From contig NC_091469.1 of NCBI RefSeq assembly GCF_036971445.1, positions 157,542,001 to 157,606,000 of the forward strand: DNA of 64,000 nt. The letters run 5' to 3'. The DNA comes from Narcine bancroftii. Its lineage: Eukaryota. This document shows positions 1 to 12,844 of this stretch, piece by piece. The notes beneath the pieces are model-generated. The model saw nothing but the letters and a program-made list of their open reading frames with translations. It did no database searches and was not told the origin of the DNA. Each line of letters opens with the position of its first letter. Positions within the stretch are counted from its first letter, which is position 1. Made by a program: the position numbers and the translations under genes.

Positions 1-3000
1 TTGTCTGCATTAAATTGCCATCTTTCAGCCCATTGTTCCAGCTGGTTAAGATCCCTCTGCAAGCTTTGAAAACCTTCTTCACTGTCCACATCACCTCTAA
101 TCTTAGTGACATCTGCAAACTTACTGATCTAATTTGAGCTTAGAGCATGGATTGGCACTTGGAATCATGATGTTGTGGCAATTAGTGAGATCTGGTTACA
201 GGAGGGACAGGACTGGCAACTAAATATTCCAGAATACAAATGTTTTAGATGTGATAGAACAGGGGGTAAAAAAGGGGGAGGAGTTGCTCTGCTTGTGAAG
301 GAGGACATTACTGCTGGCAGGATGGTTTGGAGGGATCGTCAGTGAGGCTGTTTGGGTGGAATTGAGGGGTGGAGGAGGCATGATGGCACTAATAGGAGTG
401 TATTATAGACCACCAAATGGGCCAAGAAAATTGGAGGAACAAATTTTTAAGGAGATAGCATATATGTGTAACAAACATAAGGTAGTGATCATGGGAGATT
501 TTAACTTCCCTCACATTGATTGGGATACCCATACAGTAAGATGGCTGGATGGGCTAGCGTTTGTCAAATGTGTGCAAGATAGTTTTCTTAATAAATATGT
601 AGAGGAACCGACTCGGGACGGTGTAATACTGGATCTTCTGTTAGGGAACGAGATAGGTCAGGTGTCTGAGGTTAATGTTGGAGAACAAATTGGGTCTAGT
701 GATCACAACTCTATTCGTTTTAGGGAAGAGCAAAGAAGGGCCTAAAGTTGAGGTTCTGGATTGGAGAAAAACAAATTTCGAAGGAATAAGAATGGATTTG
801 GGAAGTATTGAGTGGGACATGATTTTTTTCAGGAAAGGATGTAAATGAAAAATGGAGAATATTCAAAGAAGAAATTTTGAGAGTACAGAGTAGATATGTC
901 CCAGTGAGGATCAAAGGAAAGGCTGGAAGTCATAGGGAGGCCTGGTTTTCGAGGAATATTGGAAATTTGCTTAGGAGAAAAAGGGAGGTGTACAAGAGGT
1001 ATAAAGAGCAGGGAGCTGAGAATTTGAAGGAGGACTACAAGAAGTGTAGAAAAAAATCTTAAGAGAGAAATTAGAAAGGCCAAAAAGAGGCACGAAGAGG
1101 CTTTGGCAGACAGAGTAAGAATAAATCCAAAGGGTTTCTATAGGTACATTAAAAGTAAAGGATTAGTGAGGGATAAAATTGGACCCCTTGTAGATAGTGA
1201 GGGTAGGCTATGTGAAAAGTCGGAGGAAATGGGGGAAATTTTAAATGATTTCTTTTCCTCGATATTCACTAGGGAAAAAAATATTGTACCAGTTGAAGTA
1301 AAGAAAAATAGTGGGGAGGTCATGAATCATATAAGGATAACCGAGGAGGCAGTGATGGCTGTGTTAAAAAAGATAAAGGTGGACAAATCTCCGGGTCCGG
1401 ACAAAGTATTCCCAAGGACACTCAGGGAGACTAATGTACAGATAGTGGGGCCATTAACAGAGATATTTAGGATGTCACTGGCCACGGGGGTGGTGCCAGA
1501 GGATTGGAGGGTGGCTCATGTTGTTCTGCTGTTTAAGAAAGGGTCCAAATGTAAGCCTGGAAATAATAGACCTGTGAGTCTGACGTCTGTGGTGGGTAAG
1601 TTGATGGAAAGTGTTCTGAGGGATGGCATTTACAAATATTTGGAAGAACAGGGATTGATAGGTAGTAAGTCAGCATGGTTTTGTCAGGGGTAGATCATGC
1701 TTAACAAACCTTTTAGAGTTTTTCGAGGGGGTTACAAAAAAAATTGATGAAGGGAAGGCTGTGGATGTTGTCTATTTCGACTTTATTAAAGCTTTTGACA
1801 AAGTTCCCCACAGGAGGTTAGGGAAAAAGCATTAGGTATAAATAAGGAGTTAGTGAAATGGATTCAGCAATGATTGGATGGGAGGTGTCAGAGAGTAGTG
1901 GTAGAAAATTGTTTGTCCAATTGGAGGCCGGTGACTAGTGGAGTTCCTCAGGGATCGGTCTTGGGTCCACTATTGTTTGTTATATATATTAACGATCTGG
2001 AAGAAGGGGTGGTGAATTGGATAAGTAAGTTTGCAGATGATACAAAGATTGGTGGTGTTGTGGACAGTGAGGAAGATTACCGTAGCTTAAAAAGAGATAT
2101 AGAAAAGCTGGAGGAGTGGGCTGAGAAATGGCTGATGGAATTTAATACAGATAAGTGTGAAGTATTACATTTTGGAAAGGCAAATCTAAATAGGTCATAT
2201 ACATTGAATGGTAGACGATTGAGGAGTGCAGAGCAACAAAGGGATTTAGGAGTGATGGTAAATAGTACCCTCAAGGCTGATACTCAGGTAGATGGTGTGG
2301 TGAAGAAGGCATTTGGAATGTTGGCCTTCATAAATCGGAGTATTGAATTCAAGAGTAGGGAGGTTATGATGAAATTGTACAAGGCATTGGTGAGGCCAAA
2401 TTTGGAGTACTGTGTACAGTTTTGGTCACCAAATTATAGGAAAGATATAAACAAAATAGAGAGAGTGCAGAGAAGGTTCACGAGAATGTTGACAGGATGT
2501 CAGGGTTTGAGTTACAGAGAAAGGTTGAGCAGCCTGGGGCTTTTTTCTCTGGAGCGTAGAAGATTGAATGGGGATTTGATGGAGGTGTTCAAGATTTTAA
2601 AAGGGACAGAGAGAGTCAATGTGGATAGGCTTTTTCAATTAAGAGTGGAGGATATTCAAACCAGAGGCCACGGTTTGAGATTGAAAGGGGAAAATTATAA
2701 TGGGAACATGAGGGGAAATTTCTTCACGCAAAGGGTGCTTGGGATGTGGAATAAGCTTCCGGCGGAGGTGGTTGAAGCAGGAATGTTATTTACATTTAAG
2801 GAAAGACTGGATAATTACATGGAGGGGAGAGGATTGGAGGGGTATGGACCAGGTGCTGGTCAGTGGGACTAGGAGGGTGGGGATTTGTTCCAGCATGGAC
2901 TAGTCTGGCCAAACTGGCCTGTTCTGTGCTGTATATGGTTATATGGTTATATAATTTGCTACATTATCATCCAGATCATTGATAGAGATGACAAACAACA

Positions 3001-4600
3001 ACAGTCCCAGCACCGATACCTGAGGCCACACCACTAGTCACAGGCCTCCAGTCTGAGAAGCAATCATCCACCACTACTCTCTGGCTTCTCCCAACCAGCC
3101 ATTGTCAAATCCATTTCACTACTTCACCATGAATATCTAGCGTCTGGACCTTCTTGGCTAACCTCCCATGTGGGACCTTGTCAAAAGCCTTACTAAAGTC
3201 CAAATAGACAACATTCACAGCCTTTCCTTCGTCATCTTTCTTGGTAACCTCCTCAAAAAACTCTACAAGATTGGTTAAACATGACCTACCACGCACAAAG
3301 CCAAGTTGACTATCCCGAATCAGTTTATGGTTATCCAAATAATTGTGCATCCAATCTCTAAGAGCACCTTTCAATAACTGACCTATGAATGATGTCAGGC
3401 TCACTGGCCAATAATTTGCTGGGTTACTGTTGGAGCCTTTTTTAGACAGCAGAACTTGGCTACCTCCAATCCTCCACATCTGTGGCTAAGGACATTTTAA
3501 ATATTTCTGTCAGAGCCATCGCAATTTCTACAGTAGCCTCTGTTGAGGTCCAAAGGAATATTTTGTCAGGTCCTGGGTACTTATCCACCCTTATTTGCTG
3601 TAAGACAGCAAGAACTTCCTCCTCCTCCTTAATTATGTAGGTTCCATGACCTCACTGCTTGCTTTCCTTACACCCCATTACTCTATTCCCATTTCCTGAG
3701 TAAATCTTGAAGAAAAAAAAAAATTAATATCTTCCCCATGTCTTTTGGCTCCATACAAAACTCTGATCTTCAAGGAGACCAATTTTGTCCCTTACTATCC
3801 TTTTCCTTTTAATATACCTGTAGAAACCCTTAGGATTTTCCTTCACATTGTCTGCCAAAGCAACCTCATGACTTCTTTTAGCCTTTCTAATTCCTTTGAG
3901 GTTTTTCTTGTTTTTATTTACACTCCTCAAGTACCTCATTTGCTCCATGTTGCCTATACCTGTTATATACCTCTCTTCTTCCAAATCAGATCCCCAATAT
4001 CGCTCAAAAGCCAAGGTTCCCTATGCCTGCTAACCTTGCCTTTAATCCTGACAGGAACACAAAAACTCTGTTCTTTCAAAATTTCACCTTTGAAGGTCCT
4101 CCACTTACCCCGCACATCCTTGCCTGAAAACAACATCCCAATCAGCACATGCTAGATCCTTTCTCATTCCCTCAAAATTTAGAATCTCATCTCCATACCT
4201 CCATAATGAACTTGAATCTAATGGCATTATGATCACTGGACCCAAAATTTTACCCTACACATACTTCTGTCACCTGTCCTGTCTTGTTCCCTAATATGAG
4301 ATCCAGTATTGCTCTCTCTCTCTAGTTGGTACCTCTAGATATTGATTTAGAAAACTTTCCTGAACACATTTGACAAACTCGAAGCCATCCAGCCCTTTTA
4401 CAGTATGGGGATCACAGTCAATATGTTGAAAGTTAAAATCTCCTACTATCACACCCTTATGTTTCCTGCATCTGTCTGCTATCTCGCTACAGATTTGCTC
4501 CTCCAATTCTCATTTGACTATTGGACAGTCATGGTCACACCTTTTTTCCCCGTTCCTCAACTCCACCCATATAGTCTCAGTAGATGAGCCATCTGGTTTC
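1..4600 (-). mobile_element. Older degenerate CR1 LINE, split by the 137-2951 insertion (pieces 1-136 and 2952-~4600)
   Basis: Minus-strand ORFs 3105-3479 (LDFSKAFDKVPH), 3724-4014 and 4291-4506 (VGDFN). The RT sequence reads through once the insert is removed. Confidence 0.88.
137..2951 (+). mobile_element. 5'-truncated CR1 LINE (APE endonuclease + RT, frameshifted)
   Basis: ORFs 356-745 (GVYYRPP, MGDFN, SDH endonuclease motifs), 1103-1693 (KSPGPD, RPVSLTS) and 1874-2872 (GVPQGS, FADD). Tail (TATGGTTA)n. Flanked by TAATTTG at 130-136 and 2952-2958. Confidence 0.95.
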
Positions 4601-4719
4601 TCCTGCTGTGATATTTTCCCTGAGGAGCAATGCTATACCTACCCCCCCCCCATCACCATCCCCCCCCACCCCTTCCTATCGCGTCTTGACAAGCATCTAA
4701 TTTTCCCTCTCTCCCACCA

Positions 4720-6010
4720 TGTACCTACGTAGGTTCTTTTGAATGTTCTGTTTGTTCCAGCCTCCACCACCATCCCTGGCAATGCATTCCAGGCACCCTC
4801 CACTGTAGAAAAACTAATGTTTCCCTTAAACTTTTCTCCACTCACTTTAAACAGATATCCCCTGTTATCTACTATTGTCGCCCCCAGGAAAAGGGTGGCT
4901 ATCCACCCTATCTACGCCGTTCCTAATCTTATACACCTCTATTAAGTCACCTCTCATCCTTTATTGCTCCAAAGAGAAAAGCTCTATCAAACTTGCCTCA
5001 TGTGACATGTTCTCCAAATCCAGGCAACATCCTGGTCAATCTCCTCTGCACCCTCTCCAGAGCTTCCATATGCTTCCTATAATGAGGAAACCAGAACTGA
5101 ACATCCTCCCAACTTCTCTTGAATCTAATGAAATTCATCGTTTTAGCAAACAAAATAGACATTAAATGACCTAAATGAACTTAAGGCATTCCAGCACAGT
5201 GCAGGCCCTTCAGCTCACAATGATTGACGAGTTTTAAGAAAAGATTGAATAGCTAGGTGGATGGGAGAGATTATGGAACGGGAGCAGATCAGTGGGACTA
5301 GTGGAGTGGTGGTCGGCACAGACCAGAAGGGCCAAATGGCCTGTTTCCTGTGCTGTAGTATTCTATGGTTCTATATAAACTGCTCCACAATAATCTAATC
5401 TTTCCCCACCTGACACCCATAACCCTCTATTTTTCTTCCATCCATGTGCCTGCCTAAGAGTCTTTTAAATGTCCTAATTGTACCAGCCTCCAACTCCACC
5501 ACAGGCAATGCATTCCAGGCACCCACCACCATTCAATAAAAAAAGTTACCTCTGATGTCTCCCCTAAACCTCCCTCCACTCACCTTTAACCAATATCCTC
5601 TGGTGTTTGATATTGACGCCCCACGACAACGTTGCTGGCTGTCCACCCTATCTATACCCCTCAATCATATATACCTCCATTAAGTCACCTCCATTCCTTC
5701 ATTGCTCCAATCGTTACCTGTTCAGTCACAGCCCGACAGCTTATGGGAAGCACAGATAAATCTCCACCATAATTTTCCAAGCATGTGGAAAGAGAAAAGG
5801 GTCAAGGTATTATTCGGGGGAACTTCTTCACGCAGAGAGTGGAGGGAGTGCGAACGAACTGCCAGCTGAATTAGTAAATGCAGTCCCAATTTTGACATTC
5901 AAGAACCATTTGGACAGGTACATGGATGGGAGTCCTGTGCAAATCAGTGGGACGAGGCAGAAAAATAGTTCTGCACAAAGTAGAAAGGCTGAAGGGCCTG
6001 TTTTAGTTCT
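4720..6010. mobile_element. Cluster of short CR1 3'-end fragments in both orientations
   Basis: Repeated GNFFTQR / WNALP-coding segments and CR1 3' UTR hairpin sequence (gggccgaagggcctgtt). Confidence 0.75.
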
Positions 6011-6029
6011 GTATTTTTTTTATTTAAAA

Positions 6030-6245
6030 TTTAAATTTAGACATACAGCACGGTAACAGGCAATTTCGGCCCATGTCACCCAATTAACCTACACCCCCGG
6101 TATGTTTCATATGGGGAGCCCCTGGGGAAAACCATGCAGACACAGGGGAGAATGTGCAAACTCCTTACAGACAGCGCAGGATTTGAGCCCCAATCCCAAT
6201 TGTTGGGGCTATTAAGGTGTTGCACTAATCACTAGGCCAACTGTG
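6030..6245 (-). mobile_element. tRNA-derived SINE (HE1-like elasmobranch family)
   Basis: Reverse complement of the SINE at 26512-26750: ggttagtgca head, gctgtctgtaaggagtttg core, gctgtatgtctaaatt tail. Confidence 0.75.
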
Positions 6246-7169
6246 TTAGACATGGAAGCCTGCAGACCTTGTGATTGTAGTAAATACATGCTGAAATATT
6301 AGAGAAACTCAGCCGGTCTTTTCAGCATTTATATGAGACAAAGATATATTGCCGAACGTTTCGAGCCTGGGTCCTTCAAGGAATAAGTCAGAAGCAGGAA
6401 ATCTCGGAAAGTCTCAGAGTTCAGCCCATACTAAAAATTGTACACATTAGCGCAATGAACATTACAGGCCCTTCAGCCCTCGATGTTGTGCCGACCTACA
6501 TTTTCCCACCAATTAAGAAAAGTTCTAAACCCTCCCTACCCTGTAAACCTCTATATTTCTTTCATCCATGTGCCCGTCTGAGAGTCTCTTCACTGCCCCC
6601 AATGTTTCGGCCTCCACCGCTGTTCCCAGCAAGGCATTCCAGGCGCCCACAACTCTCTGTGTAAAAATAAAACTTACCCCTGATGTCTCCCCTAAACGCT
6701 CCCCTTCACTTTGCAGGGATGTCCCAAATTGTAACCTTGGTCTCTTATAAATGAAGCTGAGTACGTTATTTAGAATATTTTTACATATTTATTTTACATT
6801 GTATTTTTATGTATAGATGTGGATATTACGTGCTGTGTGAGTCTATGTGTGGACACTGTGGTCTGGAGAAATGCTGTTTTGTCTCTGTGTATGTACCGTC
6901 AAATAATTATAAATACACGAACTTAATATTGCACATCGATCATTGATAATGAGAGGCAGGTTGAGAAAGAGGTTAAAGAAACACTAAATTCTGCAGACAC
7001 TGTGATTGTAGTTAAAAACACAAATGGTGGAGGAACTCAGCCAGTTTCGCATTTTGGGTCCAGTGATCATATTGCTGTTAGTTTCAAGTTAATTAAGGAG
7101 AAGGCCCAGGCCTTGGGTTGAGATTCTAAATTGGAGGAAAGCTAATTTTGAGAAAATGAGAAAGGATCC

Positions 7170-7537
7170 AGGATGAGTGAAAACACAAAATGTTGGAGAA
7201 GCCCAGCAGGTCAAACAGTCCCCTTTATGTAGCAAAGGTAAAGATACATCACCGACGTTTCAGGCTTGAGCCCTTCATCAAGGTACGAGATGTCCGAACA
7301 AGAGTCGGGGGAAAGGGGGTAGCAGCAAAGGGAGGAGATGCCAGGGGGAGAAAGGAAGGAAGGGGACAGCAGCGATCAGGAGAATGGTGGGTGGAAGAAC
7401 TAGAAAGACGGGAAGGGAAAGAAAAGCGAGTTTAGTGAAAAACAGCCATCTGGCTGGAGGGTGTGTATATGGAAAATAAGGTGTTGTTCCACCAATTTGC
7501 GGGTGGTCAGGGTGGAATAGAAAACAAGGCCATGGAC
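7170..7537 (-). mobile_element. Penelope-like element 3' fragment
   Basis: Pyrimidine-rich 3' UTR on the minus strand, cttgatgaagggctcaagcctgaaacgtc motif and ctgctgggcttctccaacattttgtg tail, shared with 28970-29365. Confidence 0.65.
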
Positions 7538-7702
7538 AGAAAAATGTAGGTCGGCACAACATCGAGGGCTGAAGGGCCTGTAATGTTCATTGCACTAATG
7601 TGTACAACTTTTAGTATGGGCTGAATCCTGAGACTTCCGGAGATTTCCTGCTTCTAACTTATTCCTTGAAGGACCCAGGCCCGAAACGTTTGGCAATATA
7701 TC

Positions 7703-7911
7703 TGTGGTGAATCTCTGCCAAGCTGCCTGTCTCCCTTCTGGCGAGCCTTGCTGTACTAACATTGGCTGTGCATTATCTCTACCGTTAAAGACACTCCCCT
7801 TGGGTCTAACTGTATATGCACCTATTGTCTTTCATTATTGTACCGTTAGTTTCTGCTAATAAAAGCCACGATTATTGTTTGACCACATCGTCTTCATCAA
7901 CTGGCACTTCA
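7703..7911 (+). mobile_element. Short solo LTR (209 bp)
   Basis: TGTGGTG...CACTTCA termini, 5-bp TSD ATATC (7698-7702 / 7912-7916), AATAAA near 7858. The empty site is visible in the inverted copy near 6340-6350. Confidence 0.8.
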
Positions 7912-8059
7912 ATATCTTTGTCTCCTATAAATGCTGAAAAGACCGGCTGAGTTTCTCTAATATTTCAACATGTATTTACTACGATCACAAGGTCTGCATA
8001 CTTCCATGTTCAACACGGTTGGCCTAGCGGTTAGCACAACACCTTGAAATGGTTGGCCA

Positions 8060-9150
8060 CTGGGAGGTCTCTATGCTTGCAAAATGGTCTCCCAGTCTGC
8101 AACCAGTCTCTCTGATATAGAGAATGCCACAGAGTGTGCACTGGATGCAGTAAATAAGACCTCTGGATGCACAGGTGAAGTGTTGCTTAACATGGAAGGC
8201 CCTTTTGGGGCCCTGGACCGTGGTGAGGGAGGAGGTGTGGGTGAAAGTGTTGCACCTCCTGAGGGCACAGGGCAAGGTGCCAGGGATTCAATTGATGGGG
8301 AGGGATGAGTGCACGAGGGAATCGTGGAGGGAAAAATGTGTCTAGTGGTGGGATCCTGTCATAAATGCTGGAAATTCCGGAGGATAGCTTGTTAGATACA
8401 GAGGCTGGTGGGGTGGTAGGTGAGGATGAGGGGATTCTATGTTTATTGCATCTGGGGGAAAATAAGCAGGAAATGGAAGAAATGTGGGTGAGGGCTGGGT
8501 TGATAGTGGTGGAGGGGATGCTACGTTTGTGGAAGAAGATTGGACTGGAAGACTTCATCTTGGGAACAGATACAGCAGAGACAGAGAATATGGAGGAAGT
8601 GTAGTCCAGGTAGTTGTGGGAGTTGGAGGGTTTGTAGTATACATCAGTGGAAAGCTCATCTCCTGAAATGGAGACAGAGAGATCCAGGAAGGGGAGAGTG
8701 TTGTCAGAGATGGACCAGGTGAATTTGAGGTCAGGATGGAAGTTGGCAGTGAAGTGAATGAAGTTGACAAGCTCATCACAGGTGCATAAGGCAGCCCTGC
8801 TGTAGTTGTCGATATACCAGAGAAAGAGTTGTGGGGGGGGAGGGGGTGCTTGCCTGTGTAGGCTTGCAACATGGATTACTCCACAAAGCCTTCAAACAGG
8901 CAGATGTAGCTGGGACCCATGCAGGTACCCATGGGTACTTCTTTGATTTGGTGGAAGTCAGACTAGTTAAAGCAGAAGTTGTTTAAAGTGAGGACAAGTT
9001 CTGCCAGGTGATGATAGAGGGTGACTAGTCGGGTCTTTAGTCCAGGAAGAGGCGGTACTTTTAGATCTTTGTGTGGGGGATAAAGGTATAAGGGGATTGG
9101 ACACCAGTTGTGAAGATGAGGTAGTCTGACGTCATTGAGGGGATGGAGGC
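8060..9150 (-). mobile_element. Penelope-like retroelement (RT + GIY-YIG endonuclease), degenerate
   Basis: ORF 8024-8275 contains FTCASRGLIYCIQCTLCGILYIRETGCRLGDHF (GIY-YIG-type). RT motif PMGTCMGPSY is encoded near 8900-8945. Confidence 0.85.
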
Positions 9151-9635
9151 CATTTTAGCGGGATTGGACATCCATCGGGAAGATGGATGTCTAATCCCTT
9201 TAGAAAAATGAGTTAAGTTGTTTTCAGGCAAGAATGTGCAAGTGAAGGACCTTGGAAAGGTGAAACTTTAAGAGTGCAGAGTTTATATGTTCCTGTCATG
9301 ATTAAAAGGCAAGATTAGAACACACAGGGAACCTTGGTTTTTGAGGGATATTGGAGATCTGGTTCAGAAGATGTATAACAGGTATAGGCAACATGGAGCA
9401 AATGAGGTGCTTGAGGAGTATAAAAAATCCATGAAAGAAATCAGGAAAGCGAAAAGACATGAGGTTGCTTTGGCCGACAATGTGAAGGAAAATCCTAAGG
9501 GTTTCTACAGATATGTTAAGAGCAAAAGGATAGCAAGGGATGAAATTGGTCCCTTGGAGATCAGAGTGGTCGGCTTTCTATGGAGCCAAAAAAAATTGAG
9601 AGAGGTCTTAAACAGATTTGCTTTCATTAATATTC

Positions 9636-10010
9636 ACTCACAGAGAATAGACCCAAACACACAACTCAGATATAGTTCAGTTAGGCAATTACCAGAATCT
9701 TTACAAGGAATCACAGGTTCAGTACACAGGTGGTCAATCAAGGAAGGTAAACAAATTAGCAGGGTAAGGTGGAGGCAGTCCAAAGATCAAAAAATACGCA
9801 CGAGTAGGTTAACACTGGGGAAGAAGGCCGGACCACTTACAGCAAAGGGCTAAGGTAAACTAGCAAAGAGGGAAGAGTGCATACAGCTTATAGACACAAG
9901 GAGACGGGAGGAGTGCAAGAAACAGGTGGGTGATCAGACACAGATGAAACACATTAGGGCAGGGTAGGGAATCACACAGGAGGGAAGAACAAAACCTGGA
10001 AAGATGAGAC
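9636..10010 (-). mobile_element. Possible LTR-like insertion within the CR1
   Basis: Purine-rich non-CR1 block interrupting CR1 coding sequence and ending in ...GAGACA. The left terminus and TSD are degenerate. Confidence 0.4.
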
Positions 10011-12844
10011 AACATAGCACAGAGTCGTGGGGAGTAAGGAAAACAAGCAGTGAGGTCGTGGAACTAAAACAGATTAAAGAGGAGGAGGCGCTTTCTGTCT
10101 TCCAGTAAATAAAAGTGGATAAATCCATAGGGCCTGACAAGGTATTACCTCGGACCTTGAGGGAGACTAGTTTATAAATTGCAGGCTCTGGAAGAAATAT
10201 TTTAAATGCCCTTAGCTGCAGATGTGGTGCCGGAGGATTGGAGAGTGGCTCGCAATGTACAGTTGTTTAAAAAAGACTCTAAAAGTAACCCTGGAAATTA
10301 TAGGCCAGTGAGCCCGATGTCAGTAATAGGTAAATTATTGGAAGGTGTTCTAAGAGTTCAGCTATGCAATTATTTAGATCGCCAGAAATTGATTAGTCCC
10401 ATGACTTTGTGTGTGGTCGTCCGGATAGTTTCAGATGCTCGGTATTCATGGTGAGGTAGTGAACGGGATTCAACAATGATTGGACAGGAGAAGCCAGAGA
10501 GTAGTGGTGGATGATTGCTTCTCAGACTGGAGCCCTGTTAATTCTAGGTTGTTGAAAAATTCTGACTTTGTTAAGTTTAGGAGGGATCATATACAGTTAC
10601 TTTTGAAAATAAATGTAGATTCGGTTGATAGTAAACTTGTTATGTGGGATGCCTTGAAAGCTTATTTGAGGGGACAGATTATTAGTTATACAGCTAAAAT
10701 TGTAAAAAACAACATTTGATTGATACTAATAAATTAGAGAAAGAGAGAGATTTGGGAAAAAGAATTACAGCGGGATGCTATGGAAACTAAGAGAATTTGT
10801 TTAACTAATTTGAAATTGCAGTATAATTCATTACAAACTTGTAAATTTGAGAAGTTATTGCAGAGGACTAAACAACATTATTATGAGTTGGGTGAAAGAG
10901 CCCATAAAGTATTAACGTGGCAATTAAAGACTGAACAGGCTTCTAGGACAATAAATGCTATTAGACACGACTCGTTAATTACTTATAAACCTCAAGAAAT
11001 TAATGATGAATTTCGTTTATTTTATACTTCTGAAGCATTGAAAGATAAAGCTAAAATTGACTCCTTTTTGTCTGAATTGGCTTTACCATCTTTAAAGGAC
11101 GCAGAGATTAAAGACTTAGATGCTTATTCTACTGTTGTGGAGGTGAAGGAAGCATTACTGTCAACGCCTGGTGGGAAATCTCCAGGAGAGGATAGTTTTA
11201 CAGAAGTAAATTCTTTTATAAAGAATTTCAGTATTTGTTCATTCCTAGATTGATGGATGTATTGAAGCAGGCGATGGAGACTGGCTCTTTTCCATATTCT
11301 TTTTCTAGAGTGCTTATTACGGTTATTCCTAAGAAGGATAGGGACCCATTAAAAGTGGGATCTATAGAGCTATTTCTTTATTAAATGTGGATTCTAAAAT
11401 TGTTGCCAAGGTTCTAGCTAATAGACTAGCTAAATATTTACCAGATTTGATTCATGTAGATCAGGCGGGCTCTATTAAAAATCGGTATTCAGCAGACAAT
11501 ATTTCTTTAATTAATATTTCTCGGAGGCAATCTGACAAACCTATGGTAGTTGCTTTAGATGCTGAAAAGGCCTTTGATAGAGTAGAATGGATTTTTTTTT
11601 GTTTAAAGTGTTAGAAAAGTTTAAATTTGGGGCTCTTTTTATTGGTTGGGTTAAGGCTCTATATAAAAATCCACTGGCTAGACTTGTGACAAATGGACAG
11701 GTATCTTCTTCTTTTGTATTATCTAGATCGACTAGACAAGGCTGTCCTTTGTCACCAGCTCTATTTGGATTGGTTATTGAATCTTTGGCTCAGTTGATTA
11801 GACAAGATGGTAATATTAAGGGTATTAAGGTGAAAGCAGACGACTATAAAATAAATTAATTTGCAGATGATGTTTCAATATATTTAATGCAATCTTTGGG
11901 AATTTGCATGCGAGACTGGAACAATATGGTGAATTATCAGCTTATAATATTAATTGGGATAAGAGAGAAATAATGCCTTTGGCAGATGTGGACTATTCAT
12001 CTTGTAAACATATTACAAAATTTAAGTGGTCTGATCGAATTAAGGGTTTAGGAATTATAATAGATGATCATTATAATCATTTATAATTTTATATGAATTG
12101 AATGATTTACCTTTATTGTCTAAGATTAAATATGATTAAAATCGGTGGAAAGATTTACCAATAGCGTTGATAGGATGAGTAAATTGTGTGAAAATGAATG
12201 TCTTTCCCTGTATACAGTACCTTTTTCAGTCTATTCCATGTAGAAATCCCCCCAAAAATTCTTCAAAGATTTGAATGCTGCGGTGAGGACTTTTCTGTGG
12301 AAAGGTAAAATGGCGAGGGTGTCATTGCCGAAATTGACTTGGAAATAATGCTTTAGGAGGGACCTGCAACTTCCTCATTTTCAGGATTATTATGAGAATC
12401 AGCACAGTTGAAATTTATTAACAGAATGTTTGAAGTGGACAAATCTCCGGTTTGGGCCAAGATTGAATTGTCTCAGATTAATGAGAAGAGAATGGATCGC
12501 TTTATTTATAAATGGAATTCTCAGCTTTTACAGAGTTATATTTACCGGCGTTGAAACTTTTAATGGAATTATGGATTAAGAAGAATGAAATTATAGGTAT
12601 TGAAGGTAAAATTTTGGCTAAAACTCCTTTGTTTCAGAATAAACTATTTTTCTTTTTCATTAAATAGTCAGCTTTTGAAAATGTGGGAACAGGAAGGTAT
12701 TAAATTGTTTTAAAGCTGGGTATTTTATTTAGTTTCAAAGAATGAGGGATAAATATGGAATTTCTTCAAATACCCAGTTTACTTATTATCAGGTTAGAGC
12801 CTTACTCTTAGATAATTTTCCACATATGCTACGATTGCCTAGAC

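Noticed and set aside
5712-5800. Possible downstream exon of the IgSF gene (minus-strand CAG|gtaacg donor)
   Set aside because: No convincing acceptor and no Ig, TM or ITIM-like sequence.
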